A stretch of DNA of 63,974 bases, filler included, from Chiloscyllium plagiosum (lineage: Eukaryota), in the NCBI RefSeq assembly GCF_004010195.1. It is 4 parts of one record of this genome, joined end to end, with 100 filler letters (N's around TTAATTAATTAA, not from the genome) between each part and the next. Parts side by side here need not be neighbours in the genome. Positions count along the whole stretch, not along the records: positions 21,462 to 46,023 come from NC_057716.1; positions 46,124 to 61,673 come from NC_057716.1; 2 more parts are not named here. One strand, given 5' to 3'. The notes below the pieces were generated by a model. It was not told the origin of the DNA, did no database searches, and saw only the letters and a list, made by a program, of their open reading frames with translations. Positions within the stretch are counted from its first letter, which is position 1, and the number at the start of each line of letters is the position of its first letter. A program made the translations under genes and the position numbers. Shown here piece by piece: positions 39,228 to 51,068 of the stretch.

Positions 39228-40197
39228 CATTATGATTCCAGCTGATGTTATTGCTTGATAAGCCTGATCCCTGACTGAAGACCAGCTTGATAGATCACAT
39301 CTTGCTTTGGTTTTACAGAGGCATGTCTTTCGCCAAAACAGACTGTCACAGATTTGTTTTTAATAATTAAACAGAAGTTTATTACAAAAAAAAATTGATG
39401 ATAAGGCAGAAGAAACCAAACAATTTACATATAACAAGGTTAAAGATTTTTAAACACAATTCCATTAATCCTAAAAGCCTCCCTTTACAGTACTCACATT
39501 AGAGAAAATTCCCTTCTCTATCACGTCTATAAACTGTTTAATTTATTGCCGGCTTCGTTGTCCACCTTGAAAGTCCAATAGCCACTTCCTCATTGAATTT
39601 AGTGTAGAATTTCTCAGCTTCAAGTAACTCTCTCAGGGTTTTAACCAAACGATCCTGGTCTGGAACTTTCAAACCAAACTCCTTACACTGAGATAACCCA
39701 GTGAGTAATTATTATACGCAGGTGGAACTGGGAATTGCAGATGCTGGAGATCAGAATCAAGATCAGAGTGGCGCTGGAAAAGCACACCAGGTCAGGCAGC
39801 ATCCGAGGAACAGGAAAATCGATGTTTCGGGCAAAAGCCCTTCATCAGGAATTATTATATGCATCCAGCTTCAGGAAAGACATCTGCCAAATTGAAACCC
39901 AAAGCTTTCTTCAAACCAAGGGTCATTACCCTTATCAAAATAAAATTAATCAATATCTGACCTTCTGAACTGAAATCCCAGTGCACAATCGATTACCTTG
40001 CACAAATCCTCCCAATCAAATCAAAACCCTATTAGCTTTCAGGAATATACTGTCTTAGACTGACAACATAAATACTTACAAGTTAATCATTATGCCCTTC
40101 AAGCACACAGACCAAAACCCACATGACACTAGTTCAAAAATCTAAGATCAAAAATAAATGATATTGAAAACATAGATAAATCACACATTTTACAACA
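39228..40197 (-). mobile_element. Probable solo LTR inserted in a CR1 fragment; carries a family-A insert at 39721-39849
   Basis: CR1 sequence resumes on both sides; ends ...TTACAACA; minus-strand AATAAA near 39378; nested insert has TSD AATTATTATA(C/T)GCA at 39707-39720 and 39850-39863. Confidence 0.45.
39817..39852 (-). ncRNA. Hammerhead motif family A (one CpG-type change in helix III)
   Basis: ATTC-CTGATGA-A-GGGC(TTTT)GCCC-GAAA-CATC-GATT on minus strand. Confidence 0.6.
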
Positions 40198-40566
40198 TAG
40201 TTACCTCAAATTCTCCATTAAGTTAATTAAATATTCATTGCACATAAGGCAAAACATATTTATGGAGTCAGAGTCAGACATTATGGAAACAGACTCTTTG
40301 ATCTAACCAGCCCATGCCAAACATAATCCCAAACCAAACTAGATAAATCAGTTTTCTTGAAGTCTAAAGTGGGATTTGGCTGCAGAGAACAGAGAGACGG
40401 CTGGTGGAGATCTAATCACTTCTCTGTGTCTTGTTCCTAGCCCTAACTTGCCTGACAACCAATCACAGGGTTGTTGCCAGGCAGAATGCTTTAGTCATTG
40501 ATGATTGGTCACTAGCTCATAGATCAATCAACTTCTTGTTTCCAACCAAGGCTCCATCAGGACACA

Positions 40567-41458
40567 GAATCCCTCTGCCCCAGAGTCCCTCCACTCCACT
40601 CCAGAGTCCCTCCACTCCGCCCCAGAATCCCTCCACCCCAGAGCCCCTCCACTCCACCCCAGAATCTCTCTACCCCAGAATCCCTCCACTCCACCCCAAG
40701 AATCCCTCCACTCCAGAGTCCCTCCACTCCACCCCAGAATCTCTCCACCCCAGAGNNNNNNNNNNNNNNNNNNNNNNNNNNNNNNNNNNNNNNNNNNNNN
40801 NNNNNNNNNNNNNNNNNNNNNNNNNNNNNNNNNNNNNNNNNNNNNNNNNNNNNNNNNNNNNNNNNNNNNNNNNNNNNNNNNNNNNNNNNNNNNNNNNNNN
40901 NNNNNNNNNNNNNNNNNNNNNNNNNNNNNNNNNNNNNNNNNNNNNNNNNNNNNNNNNNNNNNNNNNNNNNNNNNNNNNNNNNNNNNNNNNNNNNNNNNNN
41001 NNNNNNNNNNNNNNNNNNNNNNNNNNNNNNNNNNNNNNNNNNNNNNNNNNNNNNNNNNNNNNNNNNNNNNNNNNNNNNNNNNNNNNNNNNNNNNNNNNNN
41101 NNNNNNNNNNNNNNNNNNNNNNNNNNNNNNNNNNNNNNNNNNNNNNNNNNNNNNNNNNNNNNNNNNNNNNNNNNNNNNNNNNNNNNNNNNNNNNNNNNNN
41201 NNNNNNNNNNNNNNNNNNNNNNNNNNNNNNNNNNNNNNNNNNNNNNNNNNNNNNNNNNNNNNNNNNNNNNNNNNNNNNNNNNNNNNNNNNNNNNNNNNNN
41301 NNNNNNNNNNNNNNNNNNNNNNNNNNNNNNNNNNNNNNNNNNNNNNNNNNNNNNNNNNNNNNNNNNNNNNNNNNNNNNNNNNNNNNNNNNNNNNNCAGAG
41401 CCCCCCCCCTCCAGAACCACATCCCCCCCACCCCCACCCAACTCCAGAACCCCTCCAC
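40567..41458. repeat. C-rich minisatellite (CCCCAGAATCCCTCCACTCCA-like units) spanning a 640-N gap (40756-41395)
   Basis: Repeated CCAGA(A/G)TCCCTCCAC on both sides of the gap. Confidence 0.85.
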
Positions 41459-41624
41459 AATGGTCTGCAACCATTTCAATTACTGCAGCTGTACAAGGTG
41501 CTGGGGAGACCACATGGAAACTGACCCTTCAGTCCAACTCGTCCATGTGAACCACATATCCTAACCGAATCTAGCCCCATTTGCCAGCGCTTGGCCCATA
41601 TCCCTTTAAACCCTTCCTATTCAT

Positions 41625-41740
41625 AGTGAGTTTTGAGCAGATTTGTAGCTCAGGTTGAGGTTCTGGATGTAGATTTGCTCACTTGAGCTGGAAGGTTAGT
41701 TTTCAGGCATTTCGTCACCATACTAGGTAACATCTTCAGT
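41625..41740 (-). mobile_element. Penelope pLTR end with family-E hammerhead remnant
   Basis: A-CTGAAGA-T-GTTACC(TAGTAT)GGTGAC-GAAA-TGCC-TGA; same tail as 28113-28207. Confidence 0.7.
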
Positions 41741-44700
41741 ATATATTTAAGGCCGAGATAGATTCGTGATCAGTTTGGGGCATCAAGTGCTCCAGGGAAA
41801 GGGCCGGAAAGTGAACGTGAGGAATGTTGGATCAGCCATGATCCCAGTGAATGGCAGAAGGGCTCAAGGGGCCGAATGGCCTACTCCTATTCCCTATTTC
41901 TAGGGGGGGGGGGGGGGGGGGGGCGGGCGACAGCTTGCTTATACTGTTGAGACTGGTTTGGTGAGCAGGTTGTTAGCTTCAGTTTGGGGAGAGTCATGCA
42001 GAATTAAAACATTCAATGAGTAAAACCTCCCAAGGAATTCCACAGGCACATTATTGATCCGAACGGGAGTCTAGGAGAGCTCTGTCTATGTTCCAAAGCC
42101 TTTGGAAACAGGTTCTGTTCAGCAGGTTGCTCAGTAACCAGAGCAGACGGTACACTCTAACCAGTAGGGGGTCAGCAGGGAGGGGGCTATCTCTGTAACC
42201 CCAGGAAGCACCTGCAGTAAGTGCTGACAATCTGGAATGTGTTACAGAGAAGACAGCGGGAGCATGATCCAAAAGTAACCTTCAAAAAGGGAACTGGATA
42301 AATACTTGATGGAGAAACATCGCAGTGTTAATCCACAGAATCCCTATAGTGTGGTAGCAGGCCATTCGGCCCCATTGAGTCTACACCGACCCTCCAAACA
42401 GTGTTCCATCCCACAACTCTATCCCTGTAATCTTGCATGTCCCATGGCCAATCCACCTAACCTGCACACCCCTGGACACGATGTGTAATTTCCTATGGTC
42501 AATCCACCTAACCTGCTCATCGTTGGACTGGGGAAGAAACCAGAGCACCCAGAGGAAACCGACACAAACACAGGGTGAATGTGCAAACTCTACATGGACA
42601 GAGGCAGGAATTGAACCCAGGTCCCTGGCTCTGCAAAGCAGCAGTGCTAACCACTGAGCCACCGTACTGCCCAAAAGGCAGAGAGCAAGGAAGACATGAT
42701 TCTTGGATTCCTCCACTCTCCCTGGCAATGGTCTGCAGGTCCCTGAACGATTTCCATCCTGTGCCGACGCCTCCTTAGAGAGAACAGGACTACAGAGCAG
42801 GACTGATTGGATAGCTCTTCTATAGAGGTAACTCAGGCAAGATGGGCCAAATGGTCCTCTTAGCTGAAGAGACAGGATCAATATAACACTTTTCCAACAG
42901 ATGAGACATCCTGACTGTGCAGTACGCCGTTGTTGCTAGGCAGGATATAAGGTGCACTGGAATGGTAAACGTAAATTAGCCACAGTCACACACTGATATT
43001 AGAGAGAGTTTAACCTGAGGGTCACCACACCTCAGGCACAGGGAGAGGTTGAGAAGGAGGAACCTTCATTGTAACCTCAGCTGGTGTGGCAATGATCAGC
43101 CATGATCGTCTTGAATGTGGGGGGGCAGGCCCAAAGGGCCGAATGGCCTCCTCCTGCTCCTATCTTTGAGTGGGATGTGACCCCACAACCTTCTGACCCA
43201 GAGGCAACAGTGCTACCAACTCAGCCACCAGCTGAGCTCTCTCAGCCGCTGGGGGTGGGGTGGGGTGGGGTGGGGAGATTGGGAGGCGACAGGGAGGGAG
43301 TGGCCAAGGGGCACTCGGCCTCCCTCCTCTCTCTAAAGCTGTACGGTCATTCTTCATTGAGAGTGTTGCCAGGCTGTGCCTTCCTAGGGATGAGAGGGTG
43401 GGGAATAGATGGAATCTCAATGAGACCCCATCCTGCCTTTCCCTGGACACACATATACACAGCCAGCACAGTCAGTGCCCTGTGAAACGCCAATCAGCAA
43501 ATGCCAAGGGTCGTGACCTCCTGTACTGCGGACGCAGAACAACCCTAGAAGCAGAGATAATGTAATGACGAGACATGGTTTTGTTTGGATTTGCGAAAGG
43601 AATGAGGGTGTCATCGGCTGGGCTAATATTAATTGCCCAGAGGGCAGTAAAGAATCACGCACATTGCTGTGGGTCTGGAGTCACATGTAGGTCAGACCAG
43701 GTAAGGATGGCAGATTTCTTTCCCCAAAGGACATTAGCGGTTAGCATTAGGCCAGATTTTATTCAAGATTTTTATTAAGTTCAAATTTCTACCCTGGAGA
43801 GATTTGAACTCACCTTGCTGAAACGTTAGCCAGGTGCCCTGGATGATGATGATACCACTGCCTCCCTGGTTAAGGGAAGAGGTGAATAATGGCCAGTATT
43901 CCAAGAAAGGTCACTGAACCCGAACCATTAACTATGTTTCTCTCTCTCTGCAAATGTTGCTAGACCTACTGAGTTTCTCCAACACTTCCTGTGTATATCT
44001 GTTTCAGATCTCCAGCATCCTGTGCTTTGCTTTGATTTTGTTATAAAGGCCAAAATACCCTTTCCAACGCGCAGAGGGGCGCAGACGTGTTCCTCAGTTT
44101 AACATCTCATCCCAAAAGACACTGCCTCCCGACAGTGCAGCACTCCCTCAGTACCACACTGGGAATGCCTGGATAGATTAAAGGCTCTAGCTGGAGAAGA
44201 TTAGAAGCTACCACCAAGATCAATCTGATGTAGACACACATGGACGCAGAAACTTGTACATTTATGACTCTTTTATGCAATTATTACTAACGTAACCACC
44301 TTTGGACAGCATCATTATCCGTCAGACCGGAGATGAAATATTTTCAGCTGCTGCCTGGTTAAAGTATGTGCCTTTCGGAGCCAGTTCATTTCCCTTCACA
44401 AACCAACAATGCTTCTGAAATCCATTAGCACACTCTGTGTTACCTTGACTTCATTAGCCCACACCAGACACACCACAGTTGCCAAGCTCAGACAGACAAT
44501 AAACAGCAAACAATTACTTTAAAAGGCAAGGTCTGATAATAGAAAGTTAGATTATAAATCGAAAAATAAAAGATTACACAGCTCAATCATTTGCAAAGGG
44601 CAACAAAATCTGCACAGAAATGGGTGATGGTTGCACAGCTACTCAGCATCCTCCTCTCCCCACAGACAGACAGACCCCGCTCTCGGTTCAATGATTCCTA

Positions 44701-45473
44701 ATCCTAATCCGAACACTAACCCCGACCCCAATCCTAATCCTAACTCTAACCCCGACCCTAATCCTAACGCTGAACTTCCCCACTGACTCAGTCCTGTCCC
44801 TCAAAGTTCTACAGCTCCCTATTTGCTAAGACATTTCAGTCAGACACATGACATGGCTCCTGGATGTCCCCCACTTGGGCAAATTATTATTTATTTTTTA
44901 TTCTTTCATATGATGATGGCATCACTGGCTGGACCAGTGTTTATTGTCCATTCTGGAACTGCAAGGCCATTTCAGAGAGACGACCACATTGCTGTGGATC
45001 TGGAGTCACGTGTAGGCCAGACTGGGTCTGAACAGCAGTTTCCTTCCCCAAAGGACATTTGTAAACCACTTGGGATTTTACAACAATTGATAATAGCTTT
45101 ATGGTCATCAATACTGAGGCCAGCTTGCAATTCCAGATTTAACCCACCTCCCCCTTCTCTCTCTAAATATGGCGGGAGGACAGAGTGTGTTCACCCATTG
45201 CCACCTCAACATGCCTTTCATGATTGTCTCTTGTCATTTATTTCCCATGGCCTGCCACTCATTAACCTTCTCTCACTCCATTGTTACACACTACTGAAAA
45301 CCTGCTACATCTTGAACTGGTTTTCTAGGTCAGAGGAGTGAGCTCTCAGGCTAGCTCTGATTCTCCCTCCAGAAGTGTTACCCATCCTGATAGCTAGTGC
45401 CCGCACATCTCACCACCCCCCAACTATGCTTTGCCCACCTCTTTGTTCCTTCCATGGATTTACAAGCATTAAC

Positions 45474-46023
45474 CAAAATCCAATCCTAATCCTAATCCCA
45501 TAACTCTAACCCTGACCCTAATCCTCATCCCAGCTCTAACCCTGAGTGCAATCCTAATCCTAACTCTAACCCCAAACCCAATCTTAATCCTAACTCTAAC
45601 CGTGACCCCAATCCTAATCCTAACTCTAACCCTGACCCTAATCCCAGCCCTAACCCCAAGGCCAATCCAAATCCTAACTCTAACCCCGACCCCGATCTTA
45701 ATTCTAACGCTAATCCCGACCCCAATTCTAATCCTTACTCTAATCCCGATCCTGATCCTAATCTAATCCTAAAGCTGACCCCGATCCTAATCCTAAAGCT
45801 AACCCCGACTCCAATCCTAATCCGAACACTAACCCCGACCCCAATCCTAATCCTAACTCTAACCCCGACCCCAATCCTAACGCTAACCCTGACCCCAATC
45901 CTAATCCTAATGCTAACCCCCACCCCAATCCTAATTCTAATCCTAATGCTAACGCCGACCCCAATCCTAATTCTAACGCTAATCCCCACCCCAATCCTAA
46001 TTCGAATTCTAACCCCGACCCCA
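45474..46023. repeat. Telomere-like 30-bp higher-order repeat; short satellite copy at 44695-44775
   Basis: Unit CCTAAT-CCTAAC-TCTAAC-CCCGAC-CCCAAT: five hexamers related to CCCTAA. Confidence 0.9.
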
Positions 46024-46123
46024 NNNNNNNNNNNNNNNNNNNNNNNNNNNNNNNNNNNNNNNNNNNNTTAATTAATTAANNNNNNNNNNNNNNNNNNNNN
46101 NNNNNNNNNNNNNNNNNNNNNNN
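46024..46123. other. Artificial scaffold spacer
   Basis: N44-TTAATTAATTAA-N44. Confidence 0.97.
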
Positions 46124-46347
46124 CTGAGGGAGTGCCACACTGTCGGAGGGTCAGTACTGAGGGAGTGCCTCAGTGTCGCAGCTTCAGTACTGAGGGAGTG
46201 CCACACTGTCGGAGGGTCAGTGCTGAGGGAGTGCTGCACTGTTGCAGTGTCAGTGCTGAGGGAGTGCCACACTGTCAGAGGGTCTGTACTGAGGGAGTGC
46301 CGCACTGTCAGAGGGTCAGTACTGAGGGAGTGCCGCACTGTCAGAGG
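46124..46347 (+). repeat. 33-bp minisatellite CTGAGGGAGTGCCGCACTGTCAGAGGGTCAGTA
   Basis: About 7 tandem units (some 30 bp); last unit runs into a DeuSINE-like body. Confidence 0.92.
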
Positions 46348-46900
46348 CACTGTCTTTCAGATATTAAACCTATCCCTTTCAGGTGAAAGCCATAATTCTA
46401 TGGACAGTATTTTGAAGAAAACAAGGCTCCTCTTCCCAGCTTTCCCTAAAGTAACATCACAAATCAATTTTATTGTGGCGTATGGATCCTAATTCACAAC
46501 AGCTGACAACTGTTGGCTGTGAAGCAATCCTGATGTTTAGAAAGATGCTTTAAAATGTCACTTCTTTGTTATAGTGTCAATAGCAGTCAGACTCTCCAGA
46601 TGTTGCTCAGGCACAGGAACTCACAATTAAACACACTCGCCTATTGACCCAGATTGAACCTTCCCCCAGTGCTCCGAGTGAGGTCCAACTTCGCAACTGA
46701 GGAACAGGAGAGGGCCATTCAGCCCATTATGCCTGTTCTGCTTTCCAATGAGATCAGGCTGATCTGTGGCCTAAATTCTCTGGCCCATATTCCCTCTAAC
46801 GTTTGCTTATCCAAAAATTATTGATCTCAGATTTAAAATTAACAACTGATCCAGCACCCACTGCCATTTTTGGAAGAGACTTTCTAACATCTCTCCCCAG

Positions 46901-47620
46901 AGAGTCATAGAGATGTACAGCGCAGAAACAGATGCTTCGGCCCAACTCGTTCATACCAACCAGATATCCTAACTTAATCTAGTCCCATTTTGCCAGCACT
47001 TGGCCCATATCCTGCTAAACCCTTCCTATTCACATACCCATACAGATGCCTTTTAAATGTTGCAATTGTACCAGCCTCCACCACATCCTCTGGCAGCTCA
47101 TTCCATACACGCACCACCCTCTGCGTGAAAAAGTTGCCCCTTAGGTCATTTTTATATCTTTCCCCTCTCACCCTAAACCTATGCCCTCTAGTTCAGGACT
47201 CCAGGGAAAAGACTTTGACTATTTATCCTATCCATGCCCCTCGTGATTTTATAAATCTCTATAAGGTCGCCCCTCAGCCTCCGAGGCTCCAGGGAAAACA
47301 GCCCCAGCCTATTCAGCCTCTCCCTATAGCTCAAATCCTCCAACCCTGGCAACATCCTTGTAAATCTTTTCTGAACACTTGCAAATTTCACAATATCCTT
47401 CCTATAGCAGGGAGACCAGAACTGAATGCAGTCTTCCAAAAGTGGTCTAACCAACGTCCAGTACAGTCGCAACATGACCTCCCATTTCCTGTACTCAATG
47501 CGCTGACCAATAAAGGAAAGCATACCAAACGCTGCCTTCACTATCCTATCTACCTGTGACTCAACTTTCAAGGAGCTATAAACCTGCACTCCAAGGTCTC
47601 TTTGTTCAGCAACACTCCCC
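46901..47620 (-). mobile_element. CR1/HER1 LINE 3' end
   Basis: ORFs 47188-47646 and 46974-47171; same family as 1-1726. Confidence 0.92.
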
Positions 47621-48406
47621 ACTCTCCTGAATGGTCTGGGCCCCATTCTCAGACTATCCCCTCATTCTAGAATCCCCAACCAGTGGAAACAGTTTCTCTT
47701 TTTCTGCCCTGTCTCTACCTGTTAATATCTTGAAGACTTCACCAGATCACCCCAAATGAGAAAACAGACCTCATTTGTACAATCTCTCCTCCAATCTCAC
47801 CCCTGAAGTTCAGGTATCATTCTTGTAAACCTGCATGTACTCCCCCCCCCCCCCCCCCCCAAGGCCAATCCCTCCTTCTTAGTTTTCTTTAAACTAAGAA
47901 TGGCAGATGTTGGAGGAGATCTGAAACAAGAACAGAAATTTCTGGAGAGTCTCAGCAAGTCCAGCAGCCTCTATGGGGAAGAAAGAGAGAAAGTGAGGTT
48001 TACTGCTGCTCCTCGGATGCTGCCTGACCTGCTGAGCTTTTCCAGCACCACACGTTGTGACTTTATGGGAAGAAAGCAGAGTTAACAGTTCGAGTCCGGT
48101 GACTCTTCATCAGAACTGATCAACTTTCTTCGTCAGTTCTGGTAAAGAGACATTGGATCGAAACAAACATCCTTCCTAAGGTGTGGTACCCAGGTCTGCT
48201 CACCGTGGGGTCTAACCACGGTTCTGTATAACTGCAGCATAATATCTACGTCCTTATAGTCCAGGTCTCTAGATATCAAGGCCAGCATTCTGTCTTAATT
48301 ATTTTCTGCAGCTGGTTGTAATATATTAAGTATCTGAACCCTCTCTTTGGACATCCACTGTCTTTAACTTTGTACCATCTAGAAAGTACCCTGACTTATC
48401 TTTTTG

Positions 48407-48582
48407 AGTTAAAAATCACACAGCACCAGGTTATGGTCCAACAGGTTTATTTGGAAGCTCCTGATGAAGGAGCGTCGCTCCGAAAGCTAGTGCTTCCAAA
48501 TAGACCTGTTGGACTATAACCTGGTGTTGTGTGATTTTTAACTTTGTCCACCCCAGTCCAACACTGGCGTCTCCAAATCATG
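48407..48582. mobile_element. Family-B fold-back element: ~50-bp hairpin with an intact hammerhead at its apex (48461-48489)
   Basis: Arms 48407-48458 and 48491-48543 are reverse complements; loop CTGATGA-A-GGAGC(GTC)GCTCC-GAAA-GCTA. Confidence 0.85.
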
Positions 48583-50184
48583 AATCTCCTTTTTAATAGT
48601 TTTACTCCTGCTTACATTGTACCCCATCTGCTACAGTTTTGCCCATTCACCGAGTCTATCAATCTCTCTTTGTAATTTTATGTTATCATCCACACTGTCT
48701 ACAATGCTGCCTAACTTTGTGTCATCAGCAGATTTGGAATAAGACGTTTATGCCATTATTCCAAGTGATTAATAAATCACGGGAATAATGGAGGCCCCAA
48801 CACAGATCCCTGTGGGACAGTAATTTGAAATCATTCCTGTTTTCAGGTGTCTGCCACTCAGCCAATTGCTGACAGCTATGTCAATAACAGTGCAGATACC
48901 TGTCCTACATGCCTGCACACATTATTCTCCCTCCTGATCGAAATCTGGCTCCAATTCTCGTGACAGATCAAATTTAAAATTCTCATCCATATTTACATTT
49001 CCTCAATTGTCTCATTTTCTGCCTTCCTGTGTAACTTTCACCAGTCCCTCGTCCCTCCCTATCTATGTAACTTCCTCTTCCAGCATCTATACTCCTCCCT
49101 ACCTTTGTCACCTCCTCCAGCCCTACACCCCTCATTATCTCTGTAACCTTCTTCACACCCTCACTGCCTCTGTCACCTCCTACAGCCCTACACCCCTCAT
49201 AAGGTTGTCCCTCAGCCTTTGATGCTCCAGGGAAAACAGCCTTGATCACTTTGAGTCCTCATGGAAGGGAGCAGTTCAGAGAAGGTTTAATAGTCTAACA
49301 CCTGAAATGAGTAAATAACCTTTTCAGGAAAGACTAGATAGGCGAGGCCTATACCCTTTGGCATTTAAAAAATTGACTGACTTGGGATTTGACCAGGTGG
49401 ATGTTGAAAGCATGTTTCTTCTTGTGAGAGAATCCAAAACTAGGGATCATAATTTAAGATAAGAGGTTACCTTTTAAAACAGATGAAGAATTTGTTTTTC
49501 CTCTCAGATGGATGAGTGTCTTTGAAATTCTTTTCTTTATATCTTTAAATATTGATAAAACAGAAGTGGATGGACTCTTGATTACCAAGGGAATGAAAGA
49601 TTATCGGGGATACTCAAGAATATAGAGTTGAGGTTAAAATCAAATCAGCCATGATTTTATTGAATGATGATGCTGACTCACAGGGCTGAGTAGCCTATTG
49701 TTGCTCCTTGTCCGTACATTCAAAGCCAGGGACATTTTCAACTATTAGGTCCAGAACTATTAAGCAGAACATACGGAGAAGAATGGAAAAAGAACAAAAT
49801 GGAAGGTCTACAATGGATCAGGAAATGGAAGCTGTTAAGTAGTGGTAGAGTTAGTGGGGCACAGCCAGTGGCAGTGGGAATGGTACAAGTAATTAAACAA
49901 AGGATGTGTCATAGGAGGTGAGAATGACAGAATAATGAATACCTGTTGGCAAAAAAAAGTCCAAAACAAGTGTTCGATTGAAGATACAAAGAACAGTCAA
50001 AACTTTCCTCAGTGGCCAATCATTTTTCTACCTTTGTAAACTTTAGTTTGTTAAAAAAGACCTGCTTCTTGCATACTGAAATTGCACTTGATTCCAATCA
50101 GCCATCACCCTTTATCCACTAACATACATTAGCTCCAATTCTAGCAGCATAATATCCTTTTGATTCAAATTCCACACCCCATCC

Positions 50185-50525
50185 CCCACCAATGACCCAT
50201 CCCTCATTATCTCTGTAACCTCCCCCACACCCCTCCCTACCTCTGTCACATCCTCCAGCCCAACACCCCTCACCATCTTTGTGACCTCCTCCAAAAACCT
50301 ACATGTTCCTTATCTCTGTAAACTCCTCCTGCCCCTACTATCATCAGTTTCTCTGCAATCTCCTCCAGCCTCTCTGCCCTCCCTATTACTGTAACCTCCT
50401 CCAGCCTCTACACTCCTTCCTATCATGATAGCTTCCTCTTTCAACTCCGACATCCCTCCCTATCTTTGTAACCTCCTTGAGCCCCCATAAACCCTCTGAG
50501 ATCTCTGCGCTGTTCCAATCCTGAC
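50185..50525 (+). repeat. Degenerate ~33-bp minisatellite CCCTCCCTATCTCTGTAACCTCCTCCAGCCCTACA; second block at 49020-49200
   Basis: Repeated TCT(C/T)TGT(A/C)ACCTCCTCC; last unit continues into L2-like sequence. Confidence 0.75.
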
Positions 50526-51037
50526 CTTAACACCTTAAGGATTCTTGAGGGACTTGACAAGGTCAATGCTGAGAGGATGTTCCCCCTCATGGGAAGAGTC
50601 TAGGACCAGAGGGCACAGTCTCAGAATAAAGATGCGCCTATCTAAGACTGAGATGAGGAAGAATTCCTTCGTCCAGGTGGTTGACAATCTTTGGAACTCC
50701 TTACCACACAGAGCTGCGAGGGTAGGGTCCTCATGTATGTTTAAGGCTGAGATGGAGAGGTTCTTGATCAGTTGGGGAATCCAGGGTTACTGATAAGGGG
50801 CAGGAAAGTGAACACGTGGAATGTCGGATCAGTCCTATTGAATGGTCCTATTGAATGGTGGAGCAGGGTCGAGGGGCCAAATGGCCTACGCCAGTTTCTT
50901 TTTCTTATGGGTGTCTTATGACCTCTTAACTGTCTCTAACTACTTGGAGGCCTGATGCCAGCTGCCTGGGTCCCAAGCTCTTGAACTCACTCCCTAAAGC
51001 TCTCTCTTTCTCTCTGTCTCTCTCTCTCTGTCTTTCT

Positions 51038-51068
<31 letters not shown>

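Noticed and set aside
42091..42107. Palindrome TTCCAAAG-C-CTTTGGAA
   Set aside because: A single 8-bp arm pair with no supporting context; compatible with chance in 64 kb.
45525..45994. Gly/Leu-rich and Ile/Arg/Val-rich ORFs
   Set aside because: Translations of the hexamer-based satellite.
46124..46347. CRISPR-like array of 33-bp repeats (also 63790-63974)
   Set aside because: Units are contiguous with no unique spacers, there are no cas genes, and the context is vertebrate; it is a minisatellite.
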